NCBI GenBank assembly: GCA_032718475.1
Contig: JAUCBJ010003994.1
Location: 1 to 53,120 of the forward strand
DNA length: 53,120 nucleotides
Reading direction: 5' to 3'
Origin: Nemertoderma westbladi
Taxonomy: Eukaryota; Animalia; Xenacoelomorpha
A program made the position numbers and the translations under genes. The notes under the pieces were generated by a model, which did no database searches, was not told the DNA's origin, and saw only the letters and a list, made by a program, of their open reading frames with translations. Positions 48,453 to 53,120 of this stretch are shown here, piece by piece (the stretch's first letter is position 1; every line of letters begins with the position of its first letter).

Positions 48453-50672
48453 TGTGGAGCGAGCGACGAAAGTAAGCGAGCTTAGCATACAGGTACCACT
48501 AACTCAATCGGTGTGTCTGTGGGGCGAGCCACGAAGTGAGTGAGCCTTAGCGTAGTGGTACCATTAATCAACCTGTGGGGCGAGCCACGAAATGAGTGAG
48601 CCTTAGCGTAGGGGTACCATTAATCAACCTGTCATTCTGTCGTTCTGTCGCTTTTTTTGCGGTGTTCAATTTTGAACGTTAATAACTCGATCAATCCTCA
48701 ATAAAATGTAACCAAACTTGGTACACAAATAGTCTGTCAAAAGTTTAGAAATTTTCCAAGTTGAATTTGCTTGGGGCCTTCGTGCAGCACCAGTGTAACT
48801 GTCTTACAGTTATAATAAATTTATTTATCCAAAATTATAACGCTTGACATCAGCAGGTTGCTAGGAGACTAAATCAGCTGGGTTTCTAGCAAATTACGAA
48901 ATTACAGTACTGCAGTAATACCATTGTGGCCTGTCTGCCTGTACCGGTACTATACTCAATGTCAATCCCTGAATCAGGAATCCTGCAATCAGACAATACA
49001 GCAATACTGCAATACCATATTGTATTTGGTGTTTTACGGTACTGGCTGACTGGTACCGCGATACCAGTGCAGTGATTATAGATCACGTATACTGGTACAG
49101 GACAGGCCTAATTCTGTAGGCCCTGACTGCCTAATTAGCCATGCTATGCACTGCAGTGCGGACTCCGGAGTGCTGGACTGCGGTCCTGAATTAGATTAGA
49201 GGGTCCGTTGGCGCCGTACCGCCCTACTACTGTCAGACTGTAGAACCGGACTGGGAACTGATAGCAACTGCCAACTACAGAACTACTGGTACAGTACCGG
49301 TACTGAACTACGACAGCACTATACCGCATTTCTACGCTCCTGTCAGCGACGGAAGAAAATGAATTTCTTCGTTTGCGGTTTCTACTCTTGTTAACGGTTA
49401 AATATGTTAATTAAAGACTATATATTGGTATGACCGATGGCACCGGCAACTGGTATAATCAGATGTAGATGTACATACCAATCTGCCAATACAACAATAG
49501 CAATAGGCCTACCCCTACCAACCATCCATCGACTCTGCAACTGCAACAATGGAAGTTATGCGGACTAACCAGCTGACCGGCATTCTAAGATCAGGTACCC
49601 ACTACCATAGTCTACCCAGCTGCCCAGAAAAGTGTTGGAATTGAAATCAAACAACTCACCACCAAGGCCGCCTCTGTCTGTTGACCTCGACTTTCGGTAT
49701 CGCTGCCGCTACGGGCAAACTGGACTAACCGTAACCGAGGATGAAATAATCCGGTTTTTTAATCTCACTCTGCCATCACCCAGTGCCCGGCGGTGTTGAA
49801 ATTGACACGCATTGTACAAGCAGTAGGCCTATTGCTCCGAGTTTCCGGCTGGTCGGGTGCAACTACTGCATCTACATTGCCACACTATAACTCGGGCTCA
49901 TGAGGAATGAGTGCTGCGTAGACTATATTCCTATAAACCAAAACCATACCTGGCTTCGTCTATTGAACGCATTATAAAGATCGTCAGTCTTCGTTTAGGA
50001 AAGATATTTAAATACAAAACAGGACGAGCACAATGAGACTTATAATGAAGACGAGTACTGTGTTGACTATTATTATTATATAAACCACCTGGCTTCACAT
50101 ATTGAACGCATCCCTTGTTATTATTATTATGAAGATCGTCAGCGTGCATTTAAGAAATATATTTAAATACAAAACAGGACGAACTCAACGAGGCTTATAA
50201 TGAAGACGAGTACTGCGTTTATTATATTCCTATAAACCACATGGCTTCGCATATTGAACGTGCGATTGGAAATAAGTTTGTGCTACTCTTCCGCCCCGTC
50301 AGCCCGTGGGTGGTAGATGTCGCGGTTATGTATTGATTGGTGGGAAGGGGAGGGGGGGGGGGGGGGGGGGTGCATATTAAAAGGGCTGAACACGTACTGT
50401 CCCCCTTTCTTTGATTGATTGGCGGTGTGGTTAAATTTCTCAAATACTGATTTTGTGATACAGTCGCTCAATTTTTATTTGTATCTCATAACTGGGCCTC
50501 GTGCTGCGCGAAGGCCCCACGAACGTGTCGTTCTGTCGCTTTTTTTTGCAGTGTTCAATTTTAAACGTTAATAACTCAGCCAATCTTCGATGAAATCTAT
50601 CCAAACTTGGTACACCTGTTGTTTGGCAAAAGTTTAGAAATTTTCCAAGTTGAATTTTCGTGTGGCCTTCGA
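48453..50672. mobile_element. Non-autonomous element, possibly Helentron/HINE-like
   Basis: ~50-bp tandem subrepeats 48453-48632; block 48636-48783 repeated at 50526-50672; 18-bp inverted repeat 48773-48790 / 50501-50518; ~150-bp internal repeats 49900-50280. Confidence 0.45.
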
Positions 50673-51694
50673 GAAGCTAAGATAATAGCAATTAATTAGT
50701 TAATTAAATTGATTACGGTAAAAACAGCACTTTCAACCTGCCTTTTAAAGGAAATTCATTATTTTACAGTATAAGATTTAAATAATTATACTTAAAAATT
50801 ATACAGATGTAATCCACATACCCCATTCTATTATAGTTTTTAATTAGTTCAAGTGATTTGCTTTAATAATTGTGTCTTTAATTGATCTAAAGTATTAAAA
50901 CGGCATAAAAAATTGATACTCATTAAACACTGCTCATTTATTGGTTAACATCCAAGTTGGCTCGGTGCTGGTACACAGGATTGGATGGATGTGTGTGTAG
51001 AACAGCCAGTTGCTCTTCAATGGGAATGCGAATGTAGGTAACCACATGTGTACAGGCAGGTAGACAGATTGGCCATAGCTAGCTAACCAGATGGAAATCT
51101 GAATTCCCTACTATTCAGTCTACTATCGCCACCTTCAAGGCAGAACCCCCTAAGTCGATTTTTGTAGTTCTGAGATAATCAATAAAAACTGTTTATTTTT
51201 TAGATGGGATTCTCATTACTGTCAAGCAATACAATAACAACAATAAATAATAACATATTAATCTGACCAAACCAATAATCTCTGTTATTACCAATTGAGG
51301 GAAAGGATCAGGTTACAGAGATGGTTTTTCTAACCAAAACAATAAACGATGTTGTGGGAGACATGAACATGACATGAAGGGGAGACAGGAATGGGGGGGG
51401 GGTGTAACATGAATGGTGGGGGTAGGAGGTAAATTGAAAATATGGGGGTATAACAGCCGGGGGGGGGGGGGGCGTAGCAGCAAAACAGGCAGCTGAACAA
51501 CGTAACCAAACGTGCTTTCAATTAATTTCCATCTAATTAGGTAAATGGAATGTATACAAAGCGGCGCTTCTTTGATCGAAGCTCACGTTCCCATGGTAGT
51601 ATTTTTTCAGTATATCAGTTTATCACTTATTATCTGATCGTCTGATGGCAAGCATCACCATCGCTCATATTAATATCCATTGGCAAGCATTCAC

Positions 51695-52325
51695 CCCTAT
51701 TAATGTTTGTGCCCCTGATTAATGTGTGTCCCTCATTAATGTTTGTGTCCCTCATTAATGTTTGTGTACCTCATTAATGTTTGTGTCCCTCATTAATGTT
51801 TGTGTCCCTCATTAATGATTGTATCCCTCATTAATGTTTGTGTCCCTCATTAATTAATTGTGTCCCTCATAAATGTTTGTGTCCCTCATTAATGTTTGTC
51901 TCCCTGATTACTGTGTGTTCCTTATTAATGCTTGTGTCCCTCGTTAATGTCTGTGCCCCTTATTAATGTGTGTCCCTCATTAATGTGTGTCCCACATTAA
52001 TGTTTGTGTCCCTCGTTAATGTTTGTGCCCCTTATTAATGTGTGTCCCTCATTCAATGTGTGTCCATCATTAATATGTGTCCCTCATTAATGTTTGTGAC
52101 CCTGATTAATATCTGTGTCCCTTATTAATGTATGTGCCCTTGATTAATGTGTGTCCCTAATTAATGTTTTTGTCCCTTATTAATGTTTGTACCACTTAAT
52201 TAATGTGTGTCCCTGATTAATGTTTGTACCACTTAATGTGTGTCCCTGATTAATGTTTGTGTCCCTGATAAATGTTTGTATCCCTGATTAATGTTTGTGT
52301 TCCCTCCTCAATAATGTTTGTGTCA
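51695..52325. repeat. 17-19-bp minisatellite
   Basis: Unit CATTAATGTTTGTGTCCCT, about 33 copies. Confidence 0.95.
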
Positions 52326-52899
52326 TGGCCGCAGTACAAACCAGTATATGAATGAGAAATTACGGTGATTTAAGGGGTTTTACAGGTTGTTATTTCTGAT
52401 TTAAGGGGTTTTGCCAGGTAGACTGAATTTCATATACTTGAATTTACGGTGTTTTGCAAGCCAATTATTGACTTGTGGGGTTCTGCCTCGAAGTGGGCAT
52501 CAGTTACGGGGAACAGTCTTTGGCTTATAACTCAAAAATGGCTGGTAGAAAAGCTTCGGGGTTCTGCCAAACGAAAAAGCCGATATAGAATTACCCAAAA
52601 AGTCAAAAACATGAAAATCGAAAAAAATTTACTTAGGGGGTTCTGCCTTGAAGATGACGATTTATTATGTTATTGTGTGTTAGACAGATCTCATTTAATA
52701 AATGTCAGTCAATAACATTTTACCACTGCAGAAGGCATATATCCATACTTGTTTTTCCTCATAACTATTAGGCTTATTATTTTTTGATGGGATTTCTGTG
52801 TAGTTGAATTGTCTAAGTTTTTACACTGAGGAATTAACAGAGGGTACTGGTATTAAATTAATTATTTGAATATCATTACTGCATCCACTGCATTTAGTA

Positions 52900-53120
52900 C
52901 TGCGTTCTGCGTTGATTATATCATACCTGGCTTCGCATATTGAATGCATCGATAGTTATAAAGATTGTCAGTCTGCGTTTAGGAAATATATTAGGATGAG
53001 CGCAACGACGCTTATAATAATTAAGACGAGTACGACGTTGATTATATTCCTATACACCACCTGGCTTTGCATATTAAACGTGCGATTGGAAATAAGTTCG
53101 TTCTACCCTTCCGTGGGTCG
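52900..53120 (+). repeat. Dispersed copy of the ~150-bp repeat at 49900-50290
   Basis: Shares cctggcttcgcatattgaa, aagacgagtac and cgattggaaataagtt. Confidence 0.8.

Noticed and set aside
50979-51037. Possible additional host exon (cacAG...agGTaacc)
   Set aside because: The phase-1 frame needed to follow the LamG exon hits TAG; weak pyrimidine tract.

Overview
AT-rich eukaryotic (animal, probably marine invertebrate) genomic DNA. The window appears to lie inside one large + strand gene. Three symmetric phase-1 exons splice in frame: TSP1-like (1662-1838), calcium-binding EGF (14591-14713) and LamG/ConA-like (47017-47682). The introns hold nested transposons (RTE and L2/CR1 LINE fragments, a degenerate hATm-type element, an Academ fragment, several MITEs, a tRNA-derived SINE, a Penelope/retrozyme-like repeat with hammerhead cores) and tandem arrays with 44-, 51- and 19-bp units. 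The centrepiece is a full-length 13.6-kb BEL/Pao LTR retrotransposon (28916-42534, minus strand, TSD CTGTA) inserted into the 51-bp satellite. It has two unusual properties. First, in the env position it carries an extra ORF encoding a WRN/EXD2-type DEDDy 3'-5' exonuclease followed by three CCHC zinc knuckles. Second, it has no tRNA primer-binding site; the sequence abutting the 5' LTR is instead complementary to the predicted 5' end of its own transcript, suggesting Tf1-like self-priming. All family calls are by-eye motif recognition; no database searches were run.
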